From positions 1-64,000 of the IMG/VR virus record IMGVR_UViG_3300035661_000001: a DNA stretch of 64,000 nt. One strand, written 5' to 3'. Made by a program: the position numbers and the translations under genes. The notes below the pieces were generated by a model that searched no databases, was not told where the DNA came from, and saw nothing but the letters and a program-made list of their open reading frames with translations. Positions within the stretch are counted from its first letter, which is position 1. Each line of letters opens with the position of its first letter. Below, piece after piece: positions 1 to 9,000 of this stretch.

Positions 1-41
1 ACGGAGAATTTCCTCACTTACCTTAACTTAACTTTATGTAT

Positions 42-118
42 GCCCCGGTAGCTCAGCTGGATAGAGCGGCGGACTTCTAAGCCGAAGGTCGGGAGTTCAA
101 ATCTCTCCCGGGGCGCTA
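42..118 (+). tRNA. tRNA-Arg(UCU), copy 1
   Basis: Acceptor GCCCCGG/CCGGGGC, D arm GCTC/GAGC, loop CT-TCT-AA, T arm GGGAG-TTCAAAT-CTCTC; anticodon stem has two mismatches; 3' end G-CTA. Confidence 0.85.
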
Positions 119-168
119 AATTTCAACACGGAGAATTTCCTCACTTACCTTAACTTAACTTTATGTAT

Positions 169-245
169 GCCCCGGTAGCTCAGCTGGATAGAGCGGCGGA
201 CTTCTAAGCCGAAGGTCGGGAGTTCAAATCTCTCCCGGGGCGCTA
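169..245 (+). tRNA. tRNA-Arg(UCU), copy 2 (in the duplicated unit)
   Basis: Identical to 42-118. Confidence 0.7.
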
Positions 246-264
246 AATTTCAACGAGGAATATC

Positions 265-579
265 ATGCAACGATTTACTGCTCGTGGGACACCCATCTTG
301 GAAGCCAATGATCCCAAGGTGCGCGAAGTTGCAAAGATGATATCCGAACTTCTTGGCGCAATGGTTGATCTAGATCGATCAAGCGTGGTTGCAACAGACG
401 TTCTCTACGCGATGTTTCATGACACTCTTTGGGTCCGTGATAGTACCTATGGTGCTTCCGATCCAAAATTGTCGGAAGCAGAACGCGAGGATCGGATCCT
501 CAAAGCTAAACAACAAATCCTGGATGAGGAGCGGTTTTCTCATTACCAGGAAAGATACGTTAGCCACGTCGAAAGGTAA
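265..579 (+). CDS. hypothetical protein
   Basis: GAGGA SD upstream; 104 aa. Confidence 0.8.
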   Translation: MQRFTARGTPILEANDPKVREVAKMISELLGAMVDLDRSSVVATDVLYAMFHDTLWVRDSTYGASDPKLSEAEREDRILKAKQQILDEERFSHYQERYVSHVER

Positions 580-584
580 TAAAA

Positions 585-779
585 ATGCCTCTGGTTGTAA
601 CCATTGCTTTCGCTTGTGTTTTGGTCTGGCTGGTCATCAAGATCGGTCTCGAAGCATTCAAGTGGTTTCTGGTTCTGGCGGCAGTGTGTGTTGGTTTTTG
701 GTTCTTCACCTATGGTGGTGTTAAGATCGAGAAGCCTTCCAACATGCCCGCGTTGCCCACTCTTCCCCTAACCAAGTGA
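585..779 (+). CDS. small membrane protein
   Basis: Two hydrophobic segments; operonic packing. Confidence 0.7.
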   Translation: MPLVVTIAFACVLVWLVIKIGLEAFKWFLVLAAVCVGFWFFTYGGVKIEKPSNMPALPTLPLTK

Positions 780-1108
780 TCTATATGCGTATCATCAAAA
801 TGCTTTGTATGGCAGCTGCCATGACTGTTGCGGCATGTACCGGAGGTTTGAATCAGGAATGTTTCGCTGATGGTTCTTGCAACCATAATCTTCGGTGCGA
901 CGGAACGCGGTGTCGCCTTCCCTTGGCTGCGTCAGCTGAGCCTCCCAAGAGGCGTTGTGCATTTGAGAGCAATTGTTATTGCGTTACCTGCGCAGAACAA
1001 TGTGGACCTCGTGGCATGAAGAGCTGTAACTTCAGCGACACTACTGTCTGGGGAAACAGAACCCCAGCTGTGTGTGAATGTAACGCTGTTGAGAACGTTG
1101 TCAAGTGA
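776..1108 (+). CDS. Cys-rich putative lipoprotein
   Basis: Signal peptide with lipobox-like VAAC, followed by many Cys. Confidence 0.7.
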   Translation: MIYMRIIKMLCMAAAMTVAACTGGLNQECFADGSCNHNLRCDGTRCRLPLAASAEPPKRRCAFESNCYCVTCAEQCGPRGMKSCNFSDTTVWGNRTPAVCECNAVENVVK

Positions 1109-1112
1109 TCAT

Positions 1113-1457
1113 ATGAAAAAATTTTCTTCTTTCTTTTTGGGCATCTTGGACGGATTGTTCGAGAATGGCAATTTCTTTTTGATGCTTTTTTGCAGCTACA
1201 AAGCATATCGTGTCAATGCCGATAATCCTGGCATCACTTGGATGCTCACTGCAATATTCACAATCTCTTGTTGGGTTGTGATTCAAATCAGGACTGAGCG
1301 CCGACGATTGAATGACGATCTTACCATGGTAATTCAAAGTCGTGTGGAAGCTGAAACGCAGCGCGTGTCGCGCGAGATGAGTCTGGTAATTCGTAAATTC
1401 GCGAGTGCGGCGTGGAACGAGGAAGCTCGTGAGCGCATTGCGAATATTAAATGGTAA
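1113..1457 (+). CDS. membrane protein
   Basis: Hydrophobic helices; start moved to the ATG after the previous stop. Confidence 0.65.
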   Translation: MKKFSSFFLGILDGLFENGNFFLMLFCSYKAYRVNADNPGITWMLTAIFTISCWVVIQIRTERRRLNDDLTMVIQSRVEAETQRVSREMSLVIRKFASAAWNEEARERIANIKW

Positions 1458-1508
1458 TCACTATCGGAATTACCGGCAAGATTCAAAATCAATCTGGGAG
1501 ATAAAACC

Positions 1509-1781
1509 ATGTCACGAAAACACAAAGGTCCGACGCAGCCGAGTGTGGAGAGCCAATCTCTTCGCAGTAAGATTAAGAGCTTTCGTAAAAGCTTGCGCGG
1601 TGCAATGGTTGTCGCTTTCGATAAATCTTTCTTCGACTTGACCGGCGAGACGAGCATGAAGCGCGCTCTCTCCAATGGCAAGAATCTCCAGGCTGCTTTC
1701 GTGGCGGCTCGTCATGCGGTTGCCGAAGCCGAGCGTGGTCATCCGATCGTGGACGTTCCGTTTGTCGAGGAAGACGAATGA
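1509..1781 (+). CDS. hypothetical protein
   Basis: ORF with phage-like codon bias; ATGA overlap with next gene. Confidence 0.7.
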   Translation: MSRKHKGPTQPSVESQSLRSKIKSFRKSLRGAMVVAFDKSFFDLTGETSMKRALSNGKNLQAAFVAARHAVAEAERGHPIVDVPFVEEDE

Positions 1782-1981
1782 TTCCCTATCAGTATATTTT
1801 CTTGGCATATCTCTATGGCATCATCTGTGTTGCTTGCCATTTTCTGTTGCCTAAATACAGTAGCATCTTTCGCTTGAGCGATTGGTTTTACTTGGTGGTG
1901 CTTGGATGGATCATCGAACCTTTCGCTTTCATGATTTGGTGGTTGAAACGAACTTCCAAATGGATCGATAACATTTGGTGA
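1778..1981 (+). CDS. small membrane protein (paralog of 1996-2199)
   Basis: Shared YLYG..C, LGW-I-P and WI..W pattern. Confidence 0.75.
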   Translation: MIPYQYIFLAYLYGIICVACHFLLPKYSSIFRLSDWFYLVVLGWIIEPFAFMIWWLKRTSKWIDNIW

Positions 1982-1995
1982 AAGGGCAATAAGCA

Positions 1996-2199
1996 ATGAG
2001 TCCTTTTTATCTTTTGTGTTTTGGATACCTATATGGTGTGGCATGTGCTGCGGCATATACCACGCAATGTAGGCATGCTGAAACTTACAAGATCAGTACC
2101 TGGTTTATGATTTTTATTCTGGGATGGCTGATCTCTCCAATCATGTTTTTTGGCTTGCTTTTTGTCAAAGCACTTGAGTGGATCACTGATCACTGGTGA
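1996..2199 (+). CDS. small membrane protein (paralog of 1778-1981)
   Basis: Same 67-aa length and motifs. Confidence 0.75.
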   Translation: MSPFYLLCFGYLYGVACAAAYTTQCRHAETYKISTWFMIFILGWLISPIMFFGLLFVKALEWITDHW

Positions 2200-2206
2200 A
2201 AAAATC

Positions 2207-2527
2207 ATGTCATATCTGAAGAAGCTTTTCAGCTTAGCGTTTCAGCTCATCGTTGAGAAACCATGCTTCACATGTCCTTTTGACTGTGATTGCGAAAAGC
2301 CCAAGAAGAAACTTCCGCCCGGTCGAGAAGGAATTGTTTTCCTGTGTGGCAATCCCATCGTCACGGTGAAGCGTGAGAAGTTCAGTTGGAAAAGTCGAAA
2401 GCCTGGTCCTCCTATTACCAAGGAGAAGCTTCGATCTATCCTTTATGGTCGCGCAATATCGCGAGCCTTGGAAAAAGCTGCTCGAAAGAAAGCTGCACAG
2501 GAACTATGGAAAACTCTGGGTCTCTGA
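2207..2527 (+). CDS. basic hypothetical protein with CxxCxxxCxC
   Basis: ORF track; start moved to ATG 2207. Confidence 0.65.
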   Translation: MSYLKKLFSLAFQLIVEKPCFTCPFDCDCEKPKKKLPPGREGIVFLCGNPIVTVKREKFSWKSRKPGPPITKEKLRSILYGRAISRALEKAARKKAAQELWKTLGL

Positions 2528-2719
2528 TACCGAACAACAAGTTCCAGTATATTCAGATCAACTTTCCCATCGATAGCGACGAAGCCGTACCCTTCATGAT
2601 CCGAGCCGTAGAGATGGCAGACGATCAAAAGAAAATCGTTCACATACAATCACCCAATGGAATAACAATCCATATCATTCACCCCGAAGACATAACAACG
2701 AACTGAGACATGTCAAGTT

Positions 2720-2920
2720 GTGGTCTTCAAGGAGATCATAATGAAACAGACGCCTCTTTCAATGGAACAATTGTTCCTTTATATGTCTTGGTTTAACGCC
2801 CTGATGGCAGCGGAAAATCCGCCTACAGATGCCTCACCAGAAGATCTGATGAAGCTGATCAGTAAGCTCGACAAAGCTAAATCTATTGCTTTGGATGCCG
2901 GAGTGCCAGGCGTCAAGTAA
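2720..2920 (+). CDS. hypothetical protein
   Basis: ORF; AGGAG SD suggests the true start is ATG 2741. Confidence 0.6.
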   Translation: MVFKEIIMKQTPLSMEQLFLYMSWFNALMAAENPPTDASPEDLMKLISKLDKAKSIALDAGVPGVK

Positions 2921-2958
2921 AGGTTGGGCTGGCTGTTCTACCTAGCTGTAGCATTCAT

Positions 2959-3038
2959 AAGCAATCTATAAAATTCACATCTCCGAGTTCGTGGAGCGAG
3001 ACCCGTCCCGGAGGCTGAGATAATTTTATAGATTGCTT
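2959..3038 (+). ncRNA. Candidate structured RNA closed by a 17-bp perfect stem
   Basis: AAGCAATCTATAAAATT (2959-2975) pairs with AATTTTATAGATTGCTT (3022-3038); GC-rich inner stems. Confidence 0.4.
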
Positions 3039-3125
3039 TGCTGACCCGGCAAACTTCTCTCGACAAAAACTTGGGGGATCTATAGGGGGAAGGTTATCTC
3101 TCTGTGGATCTAAAAGGTCTATGAT

Positions 3126-3422
3126 ATGAAAATCAAGAAAAGTACCGAAGCCAAAGAGCTAGCCCGCGTTTTCCACAAGACCAAGAAGGTCAAGACAGAG
3201 ATTTCTTTGACGTCAGATGGATCTGTCTGGGAACGAACCATCTTCAAAAAGAAGTCTGGGCTGGTTCGAGAGAAGATCAAGGGTCCGTGGATCAAGATTA
3301 ACCGGATGCAACGCCCCGATTCATGGAGAAATCCGTGGTTTGGTTGGGTTGATCTACGCCGAATCTTTTTGACGCTCTTCAAAAACGGAGGCTGGCGTCA
3401 TGATAAAAAGAAAGGCTCTTGA
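3126..3422 (+). CDS. Lys/Trp-rich hypothetical protein
   Basis: ORF track, 98 aa. Confidence 0.65.
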   Translation: MKIKKSTEAKELARVFHKTKKVKTEISLTSDGSVWERTIFKKKSGLVREKIKGPWIKINRMQRPDSWRNPWFGWVDLRRIFLTLFKNGGWRHDKKKGS

Positions 3423-3616
3423 TCTTCGCGATGGAGATCAGGTACAGATTTGATTCCTGAAAATTGATACTTGGACTCCCAGCAGGTGGGAGAATGGTTC
3501 CGTCAGTGGAAGTCCCATCGAGAAAGACGGGGCTGTGAAAGTATCGGTTCTTCTGGAAGACGGAACGTTCTTGTCAAAGTATTCCAGCAAATTGATTCGA
3601 CAACAAGGAGTTACCC

Positions 3617-3847
3617 ATGAGCACCAAAAAGAGTGACCACGATCTTCTGGAAGAGGCTTACACCAAGGGTCGTGCGAAGCACTTCCTTAACAACCTTCTG
3701 ATTCCGATGATCCGTAAGGAAGCAAAGAAGCCTCCCACGGATGATGTGGCGTCGGGTGGCGATACTCAATACTTGGTGACCGCGCTGATCGGTGCTGAGA
3801 AGCACGACGCTCGTGCCGCAAAGACTCGCAAGTTCAACGTGAACTGA
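3617..3847 (+). CDS. hypothetical protein
   Basis: AGGAG SD; biased codons. Confidence 0.75.
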   Translation: MSTKKSDHDLLEEAYTKGRAKHFLNNLLIPMIRKEAKKPPTDDVASGGDTQYLVTALIGAEKHDARAAKTRKFNVN

Positions 3848-4025
3848 GATGAGCAAAGCTCTACTTTTGTTTTGTTTCACGGGTGTCGCAATTTCTGCGG
3901 CATCATCAATGATGCCGGTTGCGCTGCTTCCGTCATTTTTTTCAATCTTCTTCTGGTTGTTATCCATAGCGACGTTCTGCTACACGGCGTATATTGGTTG
4001 GACCGGACGAGGCGTAGTGTAAGCA

Positions 4026-4223
4026 ATGTCATTCATGAACAAGCTTCATGTTTGGGGATCTGCTCCAGTATCCATTCCTCGTTCGCTACTACTAGCAATC
4101 TTTTTGTTTGTGGTGGTGTTGACGATTGGAGCAGCGTCACGATTCGCGGCAGACAGACTACCACCCATCAACTGCCCACCTGCTGTGTGTGAAGTGAAGA
4201 TGGCAAGTAACTCATACCTGTGA
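4026..4223 (+). CDS. small membrane protein
   Basis: One transmembrane helix. Confidence 0.55.
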   Translation: MSFMNKLHVWGSAPVSIPRSLLLAIFLFVVVLTIGAASRFAADRLPPINCPPAVCEVKMASNSYL

Positions 4224-4224
4224 G

Positions 4225-4545
4225 GTGATGATCATGTGGCTTAATTTGCCCATAGCCAATAGTTGGTTGGATCCGCAAAAGGTTGGTGATAAGTATGAAT
4301 CTATCACCAACCCCAACTACATTTTAGAATACGTTTCTACTGACGACGTGCTGGTCAGTGATCCACACTTTATATTCAATGCTTCCACCGGGGCGGAAGT
4401 GATCTTGGATCGCAAGAACTTGACCAAGTATTATCGTCGTTGGGTCGATCCTTATGCCAAGCAAAAGGCTATGGCTTTGAAGGATGGCTGGATCTGGAAA
4501 GACGAAGTGGAGACTCCAACTGTTGGTAACAGGGTGTCATTCTGA
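4225..4545 (+). CDS. hypothetical protein
   Basis: GAGG SD; TGATG overlap with next gene. Confidence 0.7.
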   Translation: MMIMWLNLPIANSWLDPQKVGDKYESITNPNYILEYVSTDDVLVSDPHFIFNASTGAEVILDRKNLTKYYRRWVDPYAKQKAMALKDGWIWKDEVETPTVGNRVSF

Positions 4546-4829
4546 TGTTTATTCAGAGACCATTCTGGAAGAAAGTTGCTGAAGCATCTTCTCGGACAAA
4601 CTCAAACTTGCTGGACGTTTTCAAACGTTTGCATGATCTTCATTCCCCCATCGAAGAAGTGTCTTTCACTGTTCGTCACAGTGGTGATGGTGAAAATGGA
4701 TACTATGAAATCAATGATTTCGAGCACGGCATAGAGTTCGCCAGTTGCTCACGTTGGGAAGCATGGGAACGTATCCTATATCTTTTCGATCCATTCCGTG
4801 GAAAAATTCATGAAGGGGTGGTGCTATGA
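4545..4829 (+). CDS. hypothetical protein
   Basis: Coupled stop/start overlaps on both sides. Confidence 0.7.
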   Translation: MFIQRPFWKKVAEASSRTNSNLLDVFKRLHDLHSPIEEVSFTVRHSGDGENGYYEINDFEHGIEFASCSRWEAWERILYLFDPFRGKIHEGVVL

Positions 4830-5131
4830 GTCAGTTCATTTTGTTTGCGGCGGACCCAACTACCCAACTCCGTAAACTCTACTCTGAAGATCCCGTCACC
4901 GTGGAAGAGGTTCTTGTGATAGCTTCCAGGGGTTATTTTTGGGGTCTTCATTGGAAAGAAGTTTTCAAGCCAGCACGAGCTTGGCTACAGTCTGTTTATA
5001 CAAATGAACAGGAAGAACTTTTGTCCAGAGCTTGGTTTGACGGATTCGATCAAGGGATTAAGGAAAATCCTATGATCAGGTTTCTCAATACCCAGGCTTA
5101 TACTTGCTACGAAATCATCAACAACAAGTGA
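4826..5131 (+). CDS. hypothetical protein
   Basis: ATGA overlap. Confidence 0.7.
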   Translation: MSQFILFAADPTTQLRKLYSEDPVTVEEVLVIASRGYFWGLHWKEVFKPARAWLQSVYTNEQEELLSRAWFDGFDQGIKENPMIRFLNTQAYTCYEIINNK

Positions 5132-5138
5132 GACCAAG

Positions 5139-5294
5139 ATGAACGAAGAGATCGTTGACCCCGTCCCTACTGAAGAAGAGAGTCCTGTGGATTTTCTCAA
5201 GCCAATCGCCATCGAACAGAAAGATGGTGAAACTTTCGAGGAGATGTGCAAGCGTCTTCATCTCAATCCTCATTGCGTCTGCACTTTCAAGTAA
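5139..5294 (+). CDS. small acidic hypothetical protein (51 aa, not in ORF track)
   Basis: MNEEIVDPVPTEEESPVDFLKPIAIEQKDGETFEEMCKRLHLNPHCVCTFK fills the gap between genes. Confidence 0.55.
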   Translation: MNEEIVDPVPTEEESPVDFLKPIAIEQKDGETFEEMCKRLHLNPHCVCTFK

Positions 5295-5304
5295 GGAAAT
5301 ACTC

Positions 5305-5613
5305 ATGAACTCTGCTGTTATTTTCACCACCCGTAAAGAATCGGAAGCCAAGCGATTGCTTCCGATCGTTGCGCGTGGCAACGGTGGCGTCAAAGATTTT
5401 AGCGTGGAGGCTTTGCCTAGCGATAAGCCGACCTACGCCATTATCTACGCCCCTTCTGATGGCATCCTGTCGAATGCGCAGCTTCAAACCTCGCGCTCTG
5501 TCGCCATGATGTCTGGTTTCCTGGAAGGTTTTCTTTCTGCCGAAAGATCCGCCAAGCGAAGCCTCGCCCGAGAGAGTCGTATCCGCGAGCAGCACCGTCG
5601 CGGTCGGCGGTAA
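5305..5613 (+). CDS. hypothetical protein
   Basis: AAGGA SD before ATG 5305. Confidence 0.7.
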   Translation: MNSAVIFTTRKESEAKRLLPIVARGNGGVKDFSVEALPSDKPTYAIIYAPSDGILSNAQLQTSRSVAMMSGFLEGFLSAERSAKRSLARESRIREQHRRGRR

Positions 5614-5640
5614 CCACAACCTGTTTCAAAGGATCAGATA

Positions 5641-5976
5641 ATGAATTTCCGTAATCAGACTTCGTTCAATGCACATGACAGCCGCCAGGTCGTCAGCGAG
5701 ACCGGGCGCGTGGCAGTTGCCCTTGGTGTCAAGCGGAGGTGTGAGCTGGTTCTCAATACCTTGATTCGTCTATGGGGAGGCAACTCCGTCGATGTAACGA
5801 CCCATCTCAAGAGTCGTTTCAATGATAGTTACAGTCAGGGTGATGTGAAGACGGCGATCGATAAGCTCCGTTCCGGCGGTCTTGTTTTTCGTCGTGGTCG
5901 TGGTCGAGCTGCCAAGTTCTATCCGAGCCGCGATGCTCTTGCCAAGTGGCGTGCCCTTCCGAAGAACTCGGTCTGA
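5641..5976 (+). CDS. putative winged-helix DNA-binding protein
   Basis: C-terminal DVKTAIDKLRSGGLVFRRGRG..KFYP resembles a recognition helix plus wing. Confidence 0.55.
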   Translation: MNFRNQTSFNAHDSRQVVSETGRVAVALGVKRRCELVLNTLIRLWGGNSVDVTTHLKSRFNDSYSQGDVKTAIDKLRSGGLVFRRGRGRAAKFYPSRDALAKWRALPKNSV

Positions 5977-5983
5977 ACGTAAT

Positions 5984-6014
5984 GGATAAGGGGCGGCGTT
6001 GCCGCCCCTTATCC
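5984..6014 (+). terminator. GC-rich 14-bp hairpin, terminator-like
   Basis: GGATAAGGGGCGGC-GTT-GCCGCCCCTTATCC after the 5976 stop; no clear U tract. Confidence 0.55.
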
Positions 6015-6034
6015 CAATCACTTTAGGAGCGATT

Positions 6035-6514
6035 ATGGATTTGAAAATGGTTGTTTCCCTTAGCCTTCTTTGTACGGATGTTGAATGGGATAATGTCTGC
6101 CGTATTCGTACTCTGGTGAGTGATGCAACTCTTTCTCCATCAGTCTCCACGACGATCGCCGCATCGGTGCAGGAACCGATCACCGAGGGATTGTCTGATG
6201 GCGAACGGCATCTTATGGATGCAATGTCTCAGGAGACCCATGAAAATGGCAGCACTCCTTTGATGGACTTGTTTGAAAGCGCCCCGCGGCGTCCTGGACG
6301 AAAACCCAACACAACCAGTATCCCTTCGTTGGCTGCCAAATTTCTTTCGGAAAAAAGAGAAGCACCCCGCGATGAGATCGTTGAGTACGTTAAGTTTTAT
6401 CGTCCCGACCTGACTGATAAGCAAGTTCAAAATAATCTTTATATAATGCGTTACAATAAGCGTATCACTACAAATGATAATGGTATGTGGGCGCTGCCCA
6501 TTACAGTTCAGTAA
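6035..6514 (+). CDS. hypothetical protein with possible C-terminal wHTH
   Basis: AGGAG SD; REAPRDEIVEYV...QVQNNLYIM...ITTNDNGMWAL. Confidence 0.6.
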   Translation: MDLKMVVSLSLLCTDVEWDNVCRIRTLVSDATLSPSVSTTIAASVQEPITEGLSDGERHLMDAMSQETHENGSTPLMDLFESAPRRPGRKPNTTSIPSLAAKFLSEKREAPRDEIVEYVKFYRPDLTDKQVQNNLYIMRYNKRITTNDNGMWALPITVQ

Positions 6515-6519
6515 TCACC

Positions 6520-6837
6520 ATGAAGAAAATTTCTTTAGCTCAACCTGTTGTCGAAGAGATGATGTCTATTCTACGATCAACGATCGTGAACGGCTCTGGT
6601 GATAACGATCTGTACATTCAGCAGAGAACAATGCTGGAAATGTTGCAGTGTGGTTTGGATTCGGCTCCGGTCGAGTTGAACCTGAAAAGTGTAATGAGTA
6701 TGCTCGATCAGCATAGCATCACGCCCGAACAGTTCAAGGCTGTTGAGATGTGGTTGATCGATCCTCGCAACCATATTCCAGAGAGAACTTCAAAACAGTT
6801 CCTTGGAAACATGGAAGGAAAAATCAAACATGCTTAG
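6520..6837 (+). CDS. hypothetical protein
   Basis: ORF track; start adjusted. Confidence 0.65.
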   Translation: MKKISLAQPVVEEMMSILRSTIVNGSGDNDLYIQQRTMLEMLQCGLDSAPVELNLKSVMSMLDQHSITPEQFKAVEMWLIDPRNHIPERTSKQFLGNMEGKIKHA

Positions 6838-7030
6838 CGATCTTCTATTGTCAATCATTATCGCTGGTAATGCCATGCTGATGGTTGAGGGTGATACCAA
6901 AACCCTTATCGGAAAAGGTAGCTACATTTTCCTCATGACTTTGGTGATTCTTTATATCCGAAGAATGCTTCGTGGTATCTGGAAAGATGTAGTCTCAATC
7001 GATGAGACACTGAAAAATCTGAAGAAGTAA
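6830..7030 (+). CDS. small membrane protein
   Basis: Two hydrophobic segments. Confidence 0.6.
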   Translation: MLSDLLLSIIIAGNAMLMVEGDTKTLIGKGSYIFLMTLVILYIRRMLRGIWKDVVSIDETLKNLKK

Positions 7031-7113
7031 CCCATCATATAAGTGGTGATGGTAAATATAGCCGCTCAGATTAAACTCTGAGAGTGTAACCTACAAGTTG
7101 AAGGAACTGTCAA

Positions 7114-7389
7114 ATGAGCGACGTTTACAATCTCCTTATCCTTTCTGCTATTACCGCTCAAGAGATCAGGACTTCTGACGATGAAGCTCACAATCCTGAT
7201 TGTACTCACGCCGCTTGCGTGGAAGAGCGAGCAGCACGTGGGATGATGGCATCACTTCCCGAACACAAGAAGAAGCAGTCTTCTTGGCGCTCTTTCATGC
7301 GTGAGCTACGTGATGCTTCCAAAGAGCATAATCTTCCCATCATGGAAGACGACGAGTACAAAGAACTCCTCCGGCGACAAGGTAAGTGA
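7114..7389 (+). CDS. hypothetical protein
   Basis: GAAGGA SD; 91 aa. Confidence 0.65.
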   Translation: MSDVYNLLILSAITAQEIRTSDDEAHNPDCTHAACVEERAARGMMASLPEHKKKQSSWRSFMRELRDASKEHNLPIMEDDEYKELLRRQGK

Positions 7390-7429
7390 AGAGTTGAAGG
7401 TCGACTAGTAGTCTTCCTAAAAAAGGAAT

Positions 7430-7587
7430 ACCGAGGAGAACGACTAGATTGTCGTTGCATGAAAACAAGAAGATAACGGTCCGCAACCGTTCTTGGTATG
7501 AGAATAGTTCTCTTACCAAGTGGTCTCAAAAGTTGGAAGAGATATCTTGTTGGATTGTGCAGGCGGGTGACAATTCCCGCCCTCGGG
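7430..7587 (+). ncRNA. Enlarged tRNA-like RNA (candidate)
   Basis: CCGAGG/CCTCGG acceptor, AACGAC/GTCGTT hairpin, AACAAGA/TCTTGTT-closed multibranch, GCGGG/CCCGC T-like arm. Confidence 0.4.
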
Positions 7588-8254
7588 TTTTTAAATCGAT
7601 AATCATATTTATGATGTCGAGAAAAGGTTGAGCATTTTTTGGTTTGAAATGTTTCATACCAGAAGAGTCGATTATTACTAGCTCAATCTGCTTAGCCAAA
7701 CAGGCTTGGAATTTTCTTCCATCATTGTTTTGGATTGAAGCTAGCTTATCAGGACCATAGATTGGTTCATAGTGGAAGATACGGTTCAGTTCAACCGCAA
7801 GTTTGAGTTCCGGGATATAGATATCCAGCTCGGAGTTGATAGTTTCTTTACCATTAAAAATGAATTCTAGATCTGGATACTTGGTTGTCAGAGCTTGCTC
7901 CAACCATACTTCAAGTCTGGATCTTCTGGTTCCGGCTGTTCTATGAGTATTGTTATATGTTCCGGAACAGCTTTGTGAACAGAAATTATTGCCACTTTTT
8001 GAACGTTTTTTCTCTCTTGTTTGTAGCACAAAAGAAGTTTCACACTGTGTGCAGATAGAATTTTCTCTTCTCTGTTGAGATTGAGAGAAACATTTTCTTC
8101 CACAGTAATGTAACTTATTCATTGAATGTTTGAGCACTTGTTTTATGCGACGAGCCATTGCATAAAACACTTGGTGACATTGTTCGCATTCAAGAGGTAA
8201 GGGTTGTTTAGACAACGCCCGGTCTAGTTCTTCTGTATTAAATAGTGTTTTCAT
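7526..8254 (-). mobile_element. Free-standing homing endonuclease, Zn-finger plus PD-(D/E)XK (Vsr/DUF559-like) domain
   Basis: CxxC and FCSxSC zinc motifs, then ELDIYIPELKLAVELNRIFHY...NDGRK; AT-rich; antisense to neighbours. Confidence 0.75.
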
Positions 8255-8405
8255 ACTATCAATACAAAATTATTGATAGGCGACTCCCGCCCCTGGCTCT
8301 AAGATTTACAAAAGAAAAAGCTTTCGGCTCATAAGAGCAAATGCAGGACTCCCATCTTCTAGATGAGCCCAACCAAGTTCACTAACCCAATAAGGAATAT
8401 CACAC

Positions 8406-8888
8406 ATGAAAAACAATCGCTTCATCGCCAAGTCTCTCGTTCGTATGCCCGACGGCACTCTCGATCTCGACAAGACCAATCAGAAGTACGAGGCTCTCGT
8501 TCTGGCTGCTTATGATGATGAGCTGACCGCCGCCGAGGCACTCGCCAAGAAGACTCACGATGCCAACATCGAGGCGTTCGGAACTGATCTCCAGGAGTAT
8601 CTGAAGACTCGTGCCAAGTGGGATGAAATGTCCGCCAAGCATATCAACGCGGCGTTCGCTCGCTTCGCTCACACCACCAAGGGTGGATGTATTGCCAAGG
8701 GCGTGCTCATCAACATGACGACCGCCGCGATGCTCGCTGCTGCCGAGATCGGTATCTTGGATGTCAAGAAAGCGAGCGAGATGGTCCTGTCGTATATCGA
8801 CGACAACAAGGGCGTGATCTTCTCTATCGAAGCTGGTTCGGGTGGTGGTGTTCGCCTCCTGAAGTCTGAAGAGCCAATTCGGGCTTGA
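8406..8888 (+). CDS. hypothetical protein (similar to 56988-57455)
   Basis: AAGGA SD; strong codon bias; R..DG..D.D and GxGGGV motifs. Confidence 0.8.
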   Translation: MKNNRFIAKSLVRMPDGTLDLDKTNQKYEALVLAAYDDELTAAEALAKKTHDANIEAFGTDLQEYLKTRAKWDEMSAKHINAAFARFAHTTKGGCIAKGVLINMTTAAMLAAAEIGILDVKKASEMVLSYIDDNKGVIFSIEAGSGGGVRLLKSEEPIRA

Positions 8889-9000
8889 TTTTTTCCATCA
8901 GAAGGTTAAGATATGTGCATCAGCGTTAATGATTCGGTTGCGTCGAAGACCAAGATCTACGTAGGACAAAGGTGTCCGTGAAGGGCAGAGTGTCCATGTT

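Larger units (their letters stand above)
1..254 (+). repeat. Perfect 127-bp tandem duplication (1-127, 128-254) containing tRNA-Arg
   Basis: The two units are identical base for base; the length equals a common assembler k-mer, so it may be an artefact. Confidence 0.95.

Noticed and set aside
3400-3620. TGA-readthrough gene MIKRKALDLRDGDQVQI*FLKIDTW...
   Set aside because: It needs several readthroughs or a stop plus a frameshift; best read as a small pseudogene, too weak to list
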